Positions 39,720 through 51,940 of a stretch of 54,127 nt of DNA are shown here, piece by piece (positions within the stretch are counted from its first letter, which is position 1; every line of letters starts with the position of its first letter). The DNA comes from Trichormus sp. ATA11-4-KO1 (GTDB taxonomy: Bacteria; Cyanobacteriota; Cyanobacteriia; Cyanobacteriales; Nostocaceae). Both the position numbers and the translations under genes were made by a program. Below the pieces are notes generated by a model. That model saw nothing but the letters and a program-made list of their open reading frames with translations. It was not told where the DNA came from and did no database searches. The stretch is from the NCBI GenBank assembly GCA_019358915.1, contig JAHHIM010000030.1:1-54127 (forward strand), written 5' to 3'.

Positions 39720-42700
39720 CTATTGAATTGGTATTTCAATCACAAACTCAGAACCTTTATCTACCTCAGAATTACAAGTTAACTTACCCTTGTGTTTGTC
39801 CACGATAATCTGATAACTAATTGACAAACCCAATCCTGTACCACTGCCTACTGGCTTCGTGGTAAAAAATGGGTCAAATATTTTTTGCCGTACAGATGCT
39901 GTCATCCCTAGACCGTTATCAGCCAACCGAATCCTGAGTATATTTAAGTCTACTATTTCAGTACAAATGCGAATTGTGGGAGTGTTAGTTGTTTGATCAC
40001 TAACCTGTAAATCCTCCAAAGCATCAATTGCATTACTGAGGATATTCATAAATACTTGATTGAGTTGACTAGCGTAACAAGTAACTTCCGGTACGTGTCC
40101 GTATTCTTTGATGATTTCAATTTCACGGCGATTTTGATCTCCACATCGTTTTGCCTCTGTGCTATTTTTCTTAAGTCGATGCTGCAAAATCATCAAAGTG
40201 TTGTCTAATCCTTCATGAATATCTACAGGTTTCATTTCGGCTTCATCCAAACGGGAGAAGTTACGTAAGCCCAAAATAATGTTTCGGATACGCGAACTTC
40301 CGACTTTCATAGAATCTATAGTTTTTGGCAAGTCTGTCGCTAGAAAATCTACATCAATTTCTTCAGCTTTCTCTTTAACTATAGGGGAAGGAAGAGGATA
40401 CTCTTGTTGATAAATAGCAATCAACTCCAGCAAATCTTTAACATATTCACTAGTATGAGCAATATTACCGTGAATAAAGTTAATAGGGTTATTGATTTCA
40501 TGAGCAATTCCCGCCACCATTTGACCCAAAGAAGACATTTTTTCACTTTGAATTAATTGGGTTTGAGTGCGTTGTAATTCGTGTAGAGCTTGTTGTAAAG
40601 TTTGATTTTTTTCGTTGAGTTCTGCTGTTCTTGCAACGACTTTTTCCTCTAATGTGTGGTTATATTCCTCCAATTTCTTATTAGCTTGTGCCAGATTAGT
40701 GTATAGCATAGCATTCTCTAGTGAGATTGCAGCTTGAGTAGTTAGAAGTTTGAGGAGTTCTAGGCGATCGCGTGTAAATGCTCCCGTAGTCAGATTATTT
40801 TCTAGGTAAAGAATGCCAAGTAACTTACTTTGATTAATCATCGGAATACACAATAAACTCTTTGGTTCTTCACGGGTAATGTAAATATCTGCCGCTAAGG
40901 AAGCTTGAGCTTTTGCATCATCAATAACTAATATCTCTCGCGTACGTTTGACATAATTAATTAAGGAAATAGGAACATCATAGCTGGACTCTAGGCGAAT
41001 TGATGTAAATTCTGTGTAGGTAGGAGTAAATGTTGAACTGGCGCTAACTGCGGTAACATTTAAGTTCAATTCATCGCTTTCGCTCAAAATTAGCACACAT
41101 TTAGAAGCTCCCACATTCTCCATTACAACTTCCATCAAAGTAGAAAGAAGTTCCTGCAACTCAATTTCCCCAGAAAGTGCTTGAGAAGCTTTAATCACAG
41201 CTGCTAAGTCCAGCATATCTGACATACTGGTATTAGAGCCAATCACAGTTTCATTAGTACTCAAAATGGATTGAGTACTAGGCGTAGATCGAGTTAAACT
41301 AAGTTCAGAAGTGCTTCTCTCACTGGAATTCAAGCTAAGTTTTTCTTGTTGAATAATAGAGCTAAGTAATTGAGGATAGCGTTTTTGCAAGTCATTAACC
41401 TTTGCTAATGCACCCCAACGCACATATCCATAGTAGGCATCAATGAGGTAGGTTTGGGCAATCTTCTGCTTGCCCCATTCTAAATAAAATTTACTAGCAA
41501 GTTCATGAGCTAGAGCTTCTTCATGGATATACTCATGTTCTTTAGCGAGAGAAATGGCATAATCATAATATTTCATTGCCTCTAGATATTGGTCTAAAAC
41601 TCGATATTTTTCAGCTTTTACTAAATAAAATTTATGTAAATGATTTATCGGCATATGATCTGCCCATTTACGTATTTTTTCCTGATTAGCTAGCACTTTA
41701 GTCAAGATTTCTGCTTGTTGAGAGAAATCAACATCATCATATGTTGCTAGCAATGCGAGGGAACTGTAAAAATATAATTGAGGAACCACGAATTGTCCGG
41801 CGGTACTGAGTAAATACTGTTCTGCTCTTACAGCATTTTCAATTGCTTCAGGGTAATTAGCAAAGAGATAACACAGATGAAGCTTACACAAATAAACATA
41901 TAAAATAGAAATTCCATCATTAGCTTTTATCTGAACTGGCAGAATTTTTGTCTCATCATAAGCTTCACCAATCAAATAACAAGGATTTTGCACATCACCT
42001 ATGAGATTTAATACTGTCTGTCGATAAATCTCAATCCAGTAAAAGACTCCATTTTGTTGGAGTTGGCTGGCCGCATAACTATAGTTTGCCATCTCCCGCT
42101 CAAGTCCTGTCAGTTCCTTACCACTAAAGTAGGAAATGTAGCAGTATGAATATAAAGAATAACCAGCAAATTCTAAATCTCCTGTTTCTAATCCAGCAGA
42201 ATAAGCTTCTAACAGAGGCTGGAAAACTTCCTTGACTGGTTCCTTCCAATGCCTAACATGGGCATTAAATGTTTGGATAACTTTAGCTTTAATTTCTTTA
42301 ACATTGAACCGTGATAATAGACTTGTAGCTAATTTGCCAAACTGATAACCAAGTTCAATATCTTCCAAAGGCCCACACAGCATTAAACCATAAGCAACAT
42401 AAACAAAAGCCGACAAAGGAGAATTGCCATATTTGAGCGATAAGTTGATTTGTTTAACAATAATTAGCGGAAATACTTCAGGAACAGCTTGACAGGCAAG
42501 AGCCATGGCACTGGATAAAATACGCATTACTGCCAGTGCTTCTGGTTGTGTCATCTCTGGTAAATCAATTAGTTCCTCAATACTGCGATTAGCGAGAATT
42601 GAAGCTGTGATTTCCATTTCTTTTTGCACATCAGCTTGGTTAGGATGCTCTGGGAATTCCACCCCTAACAACTTTAAAAAAGCTAGTGCAGCCTTGACAG

Positions 42701-45365
42701 CTTCTTGTGCTTTGCCCTGCGCCCCGTATGCTTGAATTGTCACCTCATAAACTTTTACTTTCTCCAGCAGTGTTTTAGCCTTTGCCAACACAACTTGAAC
42801 AAGTCGCTTTGTCTGCTCAAATTCACCATTCAGATATGCAGCTTCTGCCGCAGTTTCATACAAAGCAAGAGTTAGCTCATATTTAATATCCCAACTATTA
42901 CTTGCCAGCAGTTCAATTCCAGTAGTTAAATATTTCATTGCAGCTGAATAAGCTGTTGATGTCATAGCTTTATGACCAGCAATCAGGTTCATTGCAGCTA
43001 GTTCATCTCGTTTAGCTTGATTAGTAATGAATTCCACTGCAATATTGAACTGATTAACCAGTTCAAAAATCTTTTCTTCCCGTTCTTCAACAGGAATATT
43101 CTTCAATAGAAGTAGCCCAATTTTTAAGTGAATTGGTTTTTTTTGCTCTGTAGGAATCAAAGTATAAGCAGCTTGTTGTACACGGTCATGTACAAATTTA
43201 TACTTAATTAATTGATAATTAGTCGTTAATAATTTGTGCGATTCTTCGCGATTGGTCATGACCTGTTGTTCACTATTATCTTCTGGCAAAAAATTATAGC
43301 CCTCATTTTGAGGTAAAACTAATCCATCAAGCAAGGCTGGCCATAGGTCTGCTGCTGTATCTACTGCACTTTTTTCATTAATGATAGCAAGAGTTTTTAG
43401 GTCAAATTCATTACCAACACAAGCTGCAAGTTTCAACAATTTGTGAGTATTCTTTGGCAGCTTTTCTATTTGAATTGCCATGAATTCTACTACATCATCT
43501 GTGAGAGATAATGCTTTAATTTTTTTTATGTCATATTGCCAGTGACCAACATCAAAATTTAATAGAATTAGTCCATCATCATATAAAGACTTAAGAAATT
43601 GAGTCACAAAGAAGGGGTTACCTTTAGTTTTCGCAAACACCATTTGTGTTAAAGGAACAGCAACTACTTCAGGACAATGAAGGGTATCAGCAATCAAATG
43701 GTTTAAATCAGACTGATTTAAGGGTAAAAGATTGATGATATGAATAGCTGCACCCAGTTTGGCAATTTCGTGCAGTGTCAAATTCAATGGATGTGCATTT
43801 GAAACTTCATTATCTCTATATGCACCAATCAGTAGTAAACTACCCTTATCCTCAGCTAACTTATGTATTTCACCTGTAAGACTAGAAGAGGTAGCCTCAC
43901 TCATTAATAATTGGATAAATTTCAAAGAAACCGTATCTGCCCATTGTAAATCATCCAAAAAAATTACCAGAGGATGCTCTTTAGTTGTAAAAACTTGAAT
44001 AAATTTTTGGAACAATAAATTGAAACGATTGTAAGCGGCACTACCAGAAAGTTCTACAACTGGAGATTGCTTACCAATAATCCGTTCAAGTTCGGGAATT
44101 ACATCAGTAATTATCTGACCTTGTGTACCCAATACCAATAAAATCTTTTCTTTCCATTGGAGAATTTGGGCATCATTTTCTGAGAGTATTTGCCCAACTA
44201 AATCCCGAAAAGCTTGTACAAATCCTGATAAGGGGATATCACGTTGGAACTGATCAAATTTCCCTTTGATAAAGTAACTACGCTGCCGCAAAATTGGTTT
44301 ATGAACTTCGTTAACCACAGCAGTTTTGCCAATTCCAGAGAACCCCGTAACTAATATTATTTCAGTTGTCCCATGTGTCACGCGGTCAAAGGTAGCGAGT
44401 AGAGTTTCAACTTCACTTTGACGACCATAAAGTTTTTCGGGAATGACAAAACGATTGGAGATATCTCGACTTTTCAACTCAAAATGTGCAATATTTCCTT
44501 TTTCTTGCCATTGGTTTCGGCACATTTCCAAGTCATACTTGAGTCCGTATGCACTTTGATAGCGATCTTCGGCATTTTTTGCCATCAGTTTGCTGATAAT
44601 CTCAGATAAGATCGGAGGAATATTGGCATTAACCCGATTGACTTTTGGTGGCTCTTTGGCAATATGAGAGTACACTAACTCCATTGGTTCAGTACTATTG
44701 AAAGGTAACTGTCCGGTGAGAAGTTCAAAGAAGGTAACACCCAAAGAATAAAAGTCAGTGCGGTAGTCAATTCCTCGATTCATCCGTCCCGTTTGTTCGG
44801 GAGAAATATAAGCTAAAGTGCCTTCTAAAACATTGGGATTTGAGAGAACTTGAATTTCTTTTGGTAAGAGGGTAGCAAGACTAAAGTCGATAAGTTTAAT
44901 CTCATATGTGGTGGGGTGAATGAGAATGTTGGCGGGTTTGATGTCTTTGTGAATGATGCGATGGCGGTGCAGTTCTTCAAGAGTGGAGGCAACTTCAATG
45001 GCAATGTGGAAAAACTTACTCAAAGAAACAGCACTTTGCTCCAACTCTGGCTCTTTTCGTTGCCACTCTTTGAGGGATATCCCACCAAAATCTTCCATCA
45101 CTAGGACATAGCCGTTGCGGTGATTTTCTAAGCTATGGGGTTTAATTATCCCAGGGATTTCGAGGTTTTGAGTTATGGTGTATTGATTACGGAACTGAGA
45201 AATTTCAGCAAAGGTAGGATATTCATTCCGCATCAGTTTGAGAATGACAGGTTTTTGATCTTGCTCTCTGATGCCCCGATAAACTAGGGTTTTACTACCT
45301 GAATAAATTTGCTCAGTAATGCGATAGCCAATTATAGGATATACAGTATCTAATACTATTAACAT
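39720..45365 (-). CDS. Multidomain Ser/Thr kinase - AAA ATPase - GAF - histidine kinase (HstK-type)
   Basis: [62 protein letters not shown]. Confidence 0.95.
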   Translation of the reverse strand: MLIVLDTVYPIIGYRITEQIYSGSKTLVYRGIREQDQKPVILKLMRNEYPTFAEISQFRNQYTITQNLEIPGIIKPHSLENHRNGYVLVMEDFGGISLKEWQRKEPELEQSAVSLSKFFHIAIEVASTLEELHRHRIIHKDIKPANILIHPTTYEIKLIDFSLATLLPKEIQVLSNPNVLEGTLAYISPEQTGRMNRGIDYRTDFYSLGVTFFELLTGQLPFNSTEPMELVYSHIAKEPPKVNRVNANIPPILSEIISKLMAKNAEDRYQSAYGLKYDLEMCRNQWQEKGNIAHFELKSRDISNRFVIPEKLYGRQSEVETLLATFDRVTHGTTEIILVTGFSGIGKTAVVNEVHKPILRQRSYFIKGKFDQFQRDIPLSGFVQAFRDLVGQILSENDAQILQWKEKILLVLGTQGQIITDVIPELERIIGKQSPVVELSGSAAYNRFNLLFQKFIQVFTTKEHPLVIFLDDLQWADTVSLKFIQLLMSEATSSSLTGEIHKLAEDKGSLLLIGAYRDNEVSNAHPLNLTLHEIAKLGAAIHIINLLPLNQSDLNHLIADTLHCPEVVAVPLTQMVFAKTKGNPFFVTQFLKSLYDDGLILLNFDVGHWQYDIKKIKALSLTDDVVEFMAIQIEKLPKNTHKLLKLAACVGNEFDLKTLAIINEKSAVDTAADLWPALLDGLVLPQNEGYNFLPEDNSEQQVMTNREESHKLLTTNYQLIKYKFVHDRVQQAAYTLIPTEQKKPIHLKIGLLLLKNIPVEEREEKIFELVNQFNIAVEFITNQAKRDELAAMNLIAGHKAMTSTAYSAAMKYLTTGIELLASNSWDIKYELTLALYETAAEAAYLNGEFEQTKRLVQVVLAKAKTLLEKVKVYEVTIQAYGAQGKAQEAVKAALAFLKLLGVEFPEHPNQADVQKEMEITASILANRSIEELIDLPEMTQPEALAVMRILSSAMALACQAVPEVFPLIIVKQINLSLKYGNSPLSAFVYVAYGLMLCGPLEDIELGYQFGKLATSLLSRFNVKEIKAKVIQTFNAHVRHWKEPVKEVFQPLLEAYSAGLETGDLEFAGYSLYSYCYISYFSGKELTGLEREMANYSYAASQLQQNGVFYWIEIYRQTVLNLIGDVQNPCYLIGEAYDETKILPVQIKANDGISILYVYLCKLHLCYLFANYPEAIENAVRAEQYLLSTAGQFVVPQLYFYSSLALLATYDDVDFSQQAEILTKVLANQEKIRKWADHMPINHLHKFYLVKAEKYRVLDQYLEAMKYYDYAISLAKEHEYIHEEALAHELASKFYLEWGKQKIAQTYLIDAYYGYVRWGALAKVNDLQKRYPQLLSSIIQQEKLSLNSSERSTSELSLTRSTPSTQSILSTNETVIGSNTSMSDMLDLAAVIKASQALSGEIELQELLSTLMEVVMENVGASKCVLILSESDELNLNVTAVSASSTFTPTYTEFTSIRLESSYDVPISLINYVKRTREILVIDDAKAQASLAADIYITREEPKSLLCIPMINQSKLLGILYLENNLTTGAFTRDRLELLKLLTTQAAISLENAMLYTNLAQANKKLEEYNHTLEEKVVARTAELNEKNQTLQQALHELQRTQTQLIQSEKMSSLGQMVAGIAHEINNPINFIHGNIAHTSEYVKDLLELIAIYQQEYPLPSPIVKEKAEEIDVDFLATDLPKTIDSMKVGSSRIRNIILGLRNFSRLDEAEMKPVDIHEGLDNTLMILQHRLKKNSTEAKRCGDQNRREIEIIKEYGHVPEVTCYASQLNQVFMNILSNAIDALEDLQVSDQTTNTPTIRICTEIVDLNILRIRLADNGLGMTASVRQKIFDPFFTTKPVGSGTGLGLSISYQIIVDKHKGKLTCNSEVDKGSEFVIEIPIQ

Positions 45366-45931
45366 TCTAGTCTATGCTCATACTTTTATTTCTATGCTTC
45401 ATTATTCCCATTACCAGGCGATCGCTATCATTAAATAGTCAAGTTTTTTAGTGCTTTTGTTTAACTTATTCTTAAATTTTATATAAAGTTAAAAAATATA
45501 TTAGTGTCAACTTCACCCCTTGACTAAGTATGTACTTTACTTTAATGAAAATGTTAGTTTTAATAATTAAAATGAGCTATATTTAGGCTGTTTTTAAGAA
45601 TTATTTTCATTTTTAAATGCAACTAGAATCGGTGTATTTACCCAAACAAAAAAACTGCCGTTAACTCCAATTTATAGGTAATTTACGGCAGAATAGATTG
45701 ATAGCTGCTTGTAAAAAAAATAGTATGCCTTTGAGATGACTTTTGCTATTAGCCTGATGTTTCTCACATCAGGTGGTTTGTCAATCTCTCAAATCAAGTG
45801 GCATATTTAGATGCTACTCATTTTTTCTATTTTTAAGTTTTTTGAACTAACTATTGTTACCTGGATTTAATTGGGTATTCTTTTTCGGAACTAGACATTA
45901 AGAGCAGCAGGGTTCATAGTAAGCGCAAATC

Positions 45932-46561
45932 CTACTTGAATTTTTGTTTAATAAATGTCACTACCTGAGCTAGCTGTTTCTTCAAGCCATCAATTTCTGC
46001 TTGCATTTTGACAATTTTTTCATTCAGCGCATTTACTTCTGCTGAAGCAGCTACTTCAGCTTCAGAGGTTACTACGGTAGTATTTGCAATAGTAGAAGTT
46101 GCTGCCGTGCCATTTTTAAGGGCAATGGTTGCTACTGTACCATTTGTTGCAACAGCTGCTACTGGAACTAGCTCTGGGCGAGGCTGTTTCGCCTTAGCCA
46201 TCGCTGACTTAATCGCATTAATCAGTTGTTTCTGGTCAAAAGGCTTTCCCAGAAATTCAAAATATTCAAAAGGTTCAGGGATTTTCTCCGTCACCTCCTC
46301 CTTGCGACCAGACATGATCACTAAAGGAATCTTCCTTAACTCAGGCTGCGCTTGAACTTGCTGGAAAACTTCCCAGCCGCTCATTTTAGGCAAGAGAAAA
46401 TCCAACATGATCAAGCTGAGTTTTTCCTGACGGATGAAATTGAATCCTTCTAAACCATCTTTGGCTTCTAATACCTCGAAATTGCCCGGAGGCAGCATTT
46501 CTCGTACTTTTACCCTGACAACTGTAGTGTCATCGATAACTAAAATTTTGTTACTTGCCAC
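45932..46561 (-). CDS. Response regulator: receiver + low-complexity linker + C-terminal coiled coil
   Basis: LVIDD, MLDFLLP, GKPF; no DNA-binding domain recognised. Confidence 0.88.
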   Translation of the reverse strand: MASNKILVIDDTTVVRVKVREMLPPGNFEVLEAKDGLEGFNFIRQEKLSLIMLDFLLPKMSGWEVFQQVQAQPELRKIPLVIMSGRKEEVTEKIPEPFEYFEFLGKPFDQKQLINAIKSAMAKAKQPRPELVPVAAVATNGTVATIALKNGTAATSTIANTTVVTSEAEVAASAEVNALNEKIVKMQAEIDGLKKQLAQVVTFIKQKFK

Positions 46562-46819
46562 GACTTATTGCTCTAACAGAAATTTTAAGTGTAAATAGCG
46601 GCTATGCCGATTAACCTTGAGAATGCTCCCACTATATCCAAATTTTTTATTGATTGGGGGATAGTATATTTCGGTATAAATGACATTATTAGTGGTAGTT
46701 TACAAAACTAGTGCTTATATTCTTTTAAATTTGTGTCATGGTGATATTTAAGGCTTGAACCTTGCTCCAGTGCAGAGGAAATTCGCCCCAAAGTACTTTC
46801 GGATCTTGCTTGGATATCT

Positions 46820-47746
46820 ATGACTTCGTTACAACCAGCCCAACTCAAGTCAGAAATTATGGCAATGCCTAGCTGGTTACGTCGCCCCATTGGCAAGGCT
46901 AGTGAACTTTCTACTGTACAACGCATTATTAAGCAACGCCAAATTCACACGATTTGTGAAGAAGGCCGTTGCCCCAACCGGGGAGAGTGCTATGCCCAAA
47001 AAACGGCGACTTTTTTACTAATGGGCCCAGTTTGCACGCGCTCTTGTGCTTTTTGTCAAGTAGATAAAGGTCACGCACCGATGCCTATTGATTCAGAGGA
47101 ACCACGCAAAGTAGCAGAAGCAGTGCAGCTTTTGGGATTACGTTATGTGGTACTGACTTCTGTCGCCCGTGATGACTTGCCAGACCAGGGAGCGGGGCAG
47201 TTTGTGAAAACGATAGAGACAATTCGTCAGTTAAACCCAGAAACTCAAATTGAAGTGCTGACACCAGATTTTTGCGGTGGTGCAGGTGCTGGGGAATCAG
47301 GACAACGGCAAAGAATAGGCACAATTGTCACAGTTAAGCCAGCTTGTTTCAATCACAATGTAGAGACAGTGAGGCGATTAACTGGCCCAGTCCGTCGGGG
47401 AGCAAAGTACGATCGCTCGCTACGAGTGCTGGCTATAGTCAAAGAAATCGACTCAACTATCCCCACCAAATCAGGTTTGATGCTGGGACACGGTGAAACT
47501 AGGGAAGAAGTCATTGCCACAATGGCAGATTTAAGGGCGGTAGGGTGCGATCGCCTGACTATTGGCCAATATATGCGTCCTTCCTTGGAACATTTGCCAG
47601 TGCAAAAATACTGGACACCAGAAGAATTTGATGCCTTGGGCAGCGTAGCATGGGAAATGGGATTCAACCACGTTCGTTGTGGGCCTCTGGTTCGTAGTTC
47701 TTACCATGCGGGTGAAGATAGGGGACAGGTGACAGGGGACAGGTGA
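46820..47746 (+). CDS. lipA: Lipoyl synthase
   Basis: [24 protein letters not shown] motifs. Confidence 0.96.
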   Translation: MTSLQPAQLKSEIMAMPSWLRRPIGKASELSTVQRIIKQRQIHTICEEGRCPNRGECYAQKTATFLLMGPVCTRSCAFCQVDKGHAPMPIDSEEPRKVAEAVQLLGLRYVVLTSVARDDLPDQGAGQFVKTIETIRQLNPETQIEVLTPDFCGGAGAGESGQRQRIGTIVTVKPACFNHNVETVRRLTGPVRRGAKYDRSLRVLAIVKEIDSTIPTKSGLMLGHGETREEVIATMADLRAVGCDRLTIGQYMRPSLEHLPVQKYWTPEEFDALGSVAWEMGFNHVRCGPLVRSSYHAGEDRGQVTGDR

Positions 47747-47890
47747 CAATAACCAAAATACTTTCTCATCCTCCCTATTCCCTCATCCCCCATCTCCATT
47801 CCCAAAGACAAAAACATTTTTAAAGAATTTGGGTTTTTGGTACAGCTGTTTGGTATTTCTTAGAAAGTCGTGACATTTGGAGAACCGCTT

Positions 47891-48028
47891 ATGACTGCTA
47901 AAAGCAAGAATTCCGCTATTGCCGATAGTGGTGCTAAACCTCCCTACGCCTTTCGCACAGGTTGGGCAATACTACTGTTAGCTATCAATTTCTTGGTTGC
48001 AGCTTATTATTTCCACATCATTGAATAA
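47891..48028 (+). CDS. psaX: Photosystem I subunit PsaX, 45 aa (not in ORF track)
   Basis: MTAKSKNSAIADSGAKPPYAFRTGWAILLLAINFLVAAYYFHIIE; GGAG RBS. Confidence 0.95.
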   Translation: MTAKSKNSAIADSGAKPPYAFRTGWAILLLAINFLVAAYYFHIIE

Positions 48029-48049
48029 TTAGAAGTGGAGTGGTGCTGC

Positions 48050-48916
48050 TCAAATCGTGCCTTTGAATAAACCTTTGGGGCGAATGAGCAGCACCAAAAT
48101 CATAATTAATAGCGCTATACCTTGTTTATATTGAGAACCTAACCAAAGAGTGCTGAGTTCTTGGGCAATACCAATGATAAAAGCGGCGGCGATCGCTCCA
48201 TAGGGGTTGCCGATACCACCCAAAATCACTGAGGCAAACAAGGGTAAAATTAAAAACCACCCCATGTTTGGGCGTACAGCTGTAATCAATCCGTACATAC
48301 TGCCACCCATAGACGTAAGTGTGCCAGCAATTAGCCAAGTCCAGAAAATTACTTGCTCTACATTGATGCCAGAAACTCTAGCTAAGTCTAGATCATCAGC
48401 AACTGCTCGCATAGCTTTACCAATTTTGGTGTTTTGTAGTAGGTAGTGCAAAGCTAAAATTGCCAATACTGCTAACCCTAGTACCAACAATTGATTTTGT
48501 GGTACTTTTAGACCGAAAATATCCCAAGCTGGGGTAACGGGTAAATTGTAATTTTGGTTTTGGCCGCCCCACAGGAAAATAATGCCGTTGCGGAGGAATA
48601 AAGCAAGTCCAATAGAAATAATAATTAGTGTTGTGGAAGTGGCACGAATAGAGCGCATCCTAGACCACAACAATTTTTCCGCAACCAGCATCACCGTTAC
48701 TGTTCCCGCCGCCGCCAGAATGATTGATAGCCAAATATTTATCCCAACAGTATTGACTAACAAAGTTAAGTAGGCTCCCAAAGTCAAAAAATCACCGTGG
48801 GCAAAATTTGACAACCGTAAAATCCCGTAGGTAAGAGTGAGTCCTACGGCTGCTAGAGCGATAATGCTGCCTACGGCAATTCCGTTGACGATCAGTTGAG
48901 CAAGTTGTGTATCCAT
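48050..48916 (-). CDS. natD: Branched-chain/neutral amino acid ABC transporter permease (LivH/NatD-like)
   Basis: GLTLTYGILRLSNFAHGD, GKAMRAVADD..ARVSGI, VILGGIG; the symbol is less certain than the family. Confidence 0.8.
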   Translation of the reverse strand: MDTQLAQLIVNGIAVGSIIALAAVGLTLTYGILRLSNFAHGDFLTLGAYLTLLVNTVGINIWLSIILAAAGTVTVMLVAEKLLWSRMRSIRATSTTLIIISIGLALFLRNGIIFLWGGQNQNYNLPVTPAWDIFGLKVPQNQLLVLGLAVLAILALHYLLQNTKIGKAMRAVADDLDLARVSGINVEQVIFWTWLIAGTLTSMGGSMYGLITAVRPNMGWFLILPLFASVILGGIGNPYGAIAAAFIIGIAQELSTLWLGSQYKQGIALLIMILVLLIRPKGLFKGTI

Positions 48917-49102
48917 AGTTTTAACTAAATTCAGCTACTGCAAAGAAATTGTCAGTGAGTGATTTTTAATAAAAATGTTTAGTTGAGCAGTTACAATCGA
49001 CACTTTAAGGTTATTGTTTAGCAATATACAAAAATAGTGAGTTAATATACATAGAATCTTGTGCGCATTTTTGTGCCAAGCTAAACTTGTTCAACGGTCG
49101 AG

Positions 49103-50905
49103 TTGACCATGCCGCAGTATTCAAGCTTACCAGAACGAAACTCACAGATAGATACAACGCCAACAGTTTTGACAACAGTCCAGCAACTTCGCGCTGAGTT
49201 GTGGCTGGAACGCAGTTTGAACCAGTTGCAAGCTCGCCTGAATGATTGTCTACTTTCTGCTTGTACTACTGTCCCACAAGGAGCAGCCACGGAAGCAGAA
49301 ATTTTTCAAACAGTGGTAGATGAACTCGACCGTGCTTTGAATAGTATTAGGGTAGCGATCGCTTTGTGGCAACCGCAACAAAATGTTGCCCAAGTTTGCT
49401 ATGTTTCTCGTTCTTCATCCCAACTTCCACCGCATCCAGTTTTCCAGAATCAAGGAAAAAAGCTGCGATTGAAATTGCAAGAAGTGATAGAACTCGAAGA
49501 TTTGCAGCAGCTTGAGAGCCAACAACCACAGATTACCTGGCGCTTAACTGATGATGCTAATGGCGTTATTGGTTGGCTAATTATTACTAAAGCTTTCCCA
49601 AAGCCTGATTGTGAATCATTTACAGGATTCACAGCGCAACTGCTGGCGCGCTCTATTAGGCAGTGTGCTACTGCACTAGCACAGTTGAAAAAAATCAAAT
49701 CTTTACAACAACGTTCTCAGCAGTTGGGTAGCTCTAATCAACAACTAGAGCGCACTAATCAACTCAAAAATCAGTTTCTGGCTAATACCAGTCACGAAAT
49801 CCGCACACCTTTAAGTTCCATCATTGGTTTTACTCATCTGCTGTTAGCCCAAGGCTACGATACAACCAGTGAACGCCATCAAGAGTATTTAAATATCATT
49901 CAGTCTAGTGGCAAGCACTTGTTAACATTAATTAACGACATTTTAGACCTCTCCAAAATTGAAGCTAACCAGCTGGAGGTGGAATGGGAAAACGTGAATG
50001 TCCCAGAGATGTGTCGCAATGTTTTGGCACTTGTGAAAGAGAAAGCCGCTAGCAAAGGCTTGAAACTGTGTTTAGAATTAGATCCTGATGTCACAACCAT
50101 AGTTGCTGATCCCCTCCGACTCAAGCAAATGCTATTAAATTTGCTGTTTAACGCTCTCAAGTTTACCAGCACAGGTACTGTTGGCTTAAATGTTGTGGCT
50201 AAAGGTGGATTTGTACATTTTATAATTTGGGATACAGGGATTGGCATCTCCAAAGAAGACCAAACTCGACTGTTTCAACCCTATTTCCAAATTACTAACG
50301 CTGTAGCTAGTCGTGGTGAAGGTACTGGTTTAGGGTTAACTGTGACTCGCAAATTGGCTGAAATGCATTGTGGTCGAGTGGAAGTAGAATCTCAAATTGA
50401 CCACGGTTCGCGTTTTACTATCATCCTTCCCATCAAAGCTTGTGGGCAAGTGGAGGAAAATGGGGGAGATAAGGGTGATAAGGGTGATGAGGAAGTAAAC
50501 AATACACCCATTACACCCAGCATTTCTCCTGATATTTTATTGGTAGAAGATGACTTACCCAATGGCGAATTGATACGCATTTATTTAAGTAAATTGGGAT
50601 ATCAGGTGACTTGGGTCAAGAGCGCTACCGCAATGTGGCAAGCTCTCACACAGCTAAACCCGGCACTAATATTAATGGATATTCAGTTACCAGATGGAAA
50701 CGGTTTAAAGCTAGTGCGGCAGTTGCGAAATAATCCGCAGTATCGGATGATGCCAGTTATTGCCCAAACAGCAATGGCTATGAAAGGCGATCGCGAAACT
50801 TGTTTAGCGGCTGGAGTCAACGATTATATTTCTAAACCGATTGATTTACCTCTGTTAGCCAGTCTGGTTGCAAAGTATAGTCAATCACCAAAATCAAAAT
50901 TATAA
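49103..50905 (+). CDS. hrmK: Hybrid histidine kinase/response regulator, probably HrmK-like (hormogonium regulator)
   Basis: SHEIRTPL, NLLFNALKFT, GTGLGL, C-terminal REC (LMDIQLP); the architecture is secure, the HrmK name rests on recalled N-terminal similarity. Confidence 0.6.
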   Translation: MTMPQYSSLPERNSQIDTTPTVLTTVQQLRAELWLERSLNQLQARLNDCLLSACTTVPQGAATEAEIFQTVVDELDRALNSIRVAIALWQPQQNVAQVCYVSRSSSQLPPHPVFQNQGKKLRLKLQEVIELEDLQQLESQQPQITWRLTDDANGVIGWLIITKAFPKPDCESFTGFTAQLLARSIRQCATALAQLKKIKSLQQRSQQLGSSNQQLERTNQLKNQFLANTSHEIRTPLSSIIGFTHLLLAQGYDTTSERHQEYLNIIQSSGKHLLTLINDILDLSKIEANQLEVEWENVNVPEMCRNVLALVKEKAASKGLKLCLELDPDVTTIVADPLRLKQMLLNLLFNALKFTSTGTVGLNVVAKGGFVHFIIWDTGIGISKEDQTRLFQPYFQITNAVASRGEGTGLGLTVTRKLAEMHCGRVEVESQIDHGSRFTIILPIKACGQVEENGGDKGDKGDEEVNNTPITPSISPDILLVEDDLPNGELIRIYLSKLGYQVTWVKSATAMWQALTQLNPALILMDIQLPDGNGLKLVRQLRNNPQYRMMPVIAQTAMAMKGDRETCLAAGVNDYISKPIDLPLLASLVAKYSQSPKSKL

Positions 50906-51166
50906 GAAGATAACGAATAATTTTTTCTCATATGTTAGCAAGACAGCAATAATTTCCTAGACTCATCGAAGGCATTTGGTATATGCTCTTACTGTTTATC
51001 GATTCGTGAGGAAGTATTGTGACAAAGGTTACTTGTATTTACTTAACCGCACCGTTATACACCTTCTTTATTTGTGTGTATGCGACACAAGTAACTTACA
51101 CGAATCTATTTAGATAGCTGCGATCAAACAAGGAAGTTACCCAGCATTGGCAGCCCCAAACCTTTA

Positions 51167-51268
51167 CTAAAATTCATTACCAGTTTTTATAAAGTCGTCG
51201 TTTGTCGAGCAACAGATAATCTTGGTAATAATTCGGTCAGATAGGTTTTCATCCAAAAGCAGTTTCAC
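51167..51268 (-). pseudogene. Truncated DUF5615/PIN-like toxin (MKLLLDENLSDRIITKII..., stop after 33 aa)
   Basis: GTGA overlap with the DUF433 stop codon; family-typical LLLDENLS start. Confidence 0.75.
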
Positions 51269-51489
51269 ACAGATGCAACAAATAATTTTTTTTCACGATC
51301 AGCCGCAAAGGCGAGACAGGCTTTGATGTCTTCAGAGGTTAGTTCAGAAAAATCTGCTAAAATTTCTGCTTCTGTCATACCACTTGCTAAATATTCTAAA
51401 ACGTCGTACACAGTGATTCGCATTCCTCGGATACAGGGCTTACCACTGCGTTTTCCAGGTTCAATTGTAATGATGTTGTGGTAATCCAT
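51265..51489 (-). CDS. DUF433 family antitoxin-like protein
   Basis: GKPCIRGMRITVYDVLEYLASG..EDIKACLAFAA. Confidence 0.93.
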   Translation of the reverse strand: MDYHNIITIEPGKRSGKPCIRGMRITVYDVLEYLASGMTEAEILADFSELTSEDIKACLAFAADREKKLFVASV

Positions 51490-51570
51490 AAATTAGCAGT
51501 TGGCAGAAATATTTGCTTACATCAATAATATCGAGATACTTGACTTCCTGCTCACAGATGCGATGTGCCG

Positions 51571-51843
51571 CTAAAGTTTATCCGCAATGTGTTGGGTAGC
51601 CTCTGCTGAAGTACGCACTGGGATAATCTCAAAATGACCAAGATCACTCCAAGCTTGAATCCAAATGTCAAACAGAGATGGATCATCGGTACGCATGAGT
51701 TGAAAGCACCTGAAGTAGTTGAGGTCTACCCAACTGTCTACATACACAAGTCCAGGTAGTAATTGGCGACCCCGACCACGGACACGACGATAGATGTCAA
51801 CAGATGCGCCTGCGTTGAAGTATTCAATGACCATGTAGAGCAT
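51571..51843 (-). CDS. DUF3303-like small protein
   Basis: MLYMVIE, SWV...RCFQLM, W..WSDL..FEIIPV pattern. Confidence 0.7.
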   Translation of the reverse strand: MLYMVIEYFNAGASVDIYRRVRGRGRQLLPGLVYVDSWVDLNYFRCFQLMRTDDPSLFDIWIQAWSDLGHFEIIPVRTSAEATQHIADKL

Positions 51844-51940
51844 TTGCTAATACCTCTGTAGTCAACTTACTGTTCCAAAATAATGGCTAAGATAGATTTA
51901 GTGGGTGCTAAGTAAGGGATTCTGCCAAGATTAGGAAGTC

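Noticed and set aside
51028..51095. Inverted repeat GTTACTTGT...ACAAGTAAC as IS ends
   Set aside because: It is only 9 bp, with no transposase or target duplication seen.
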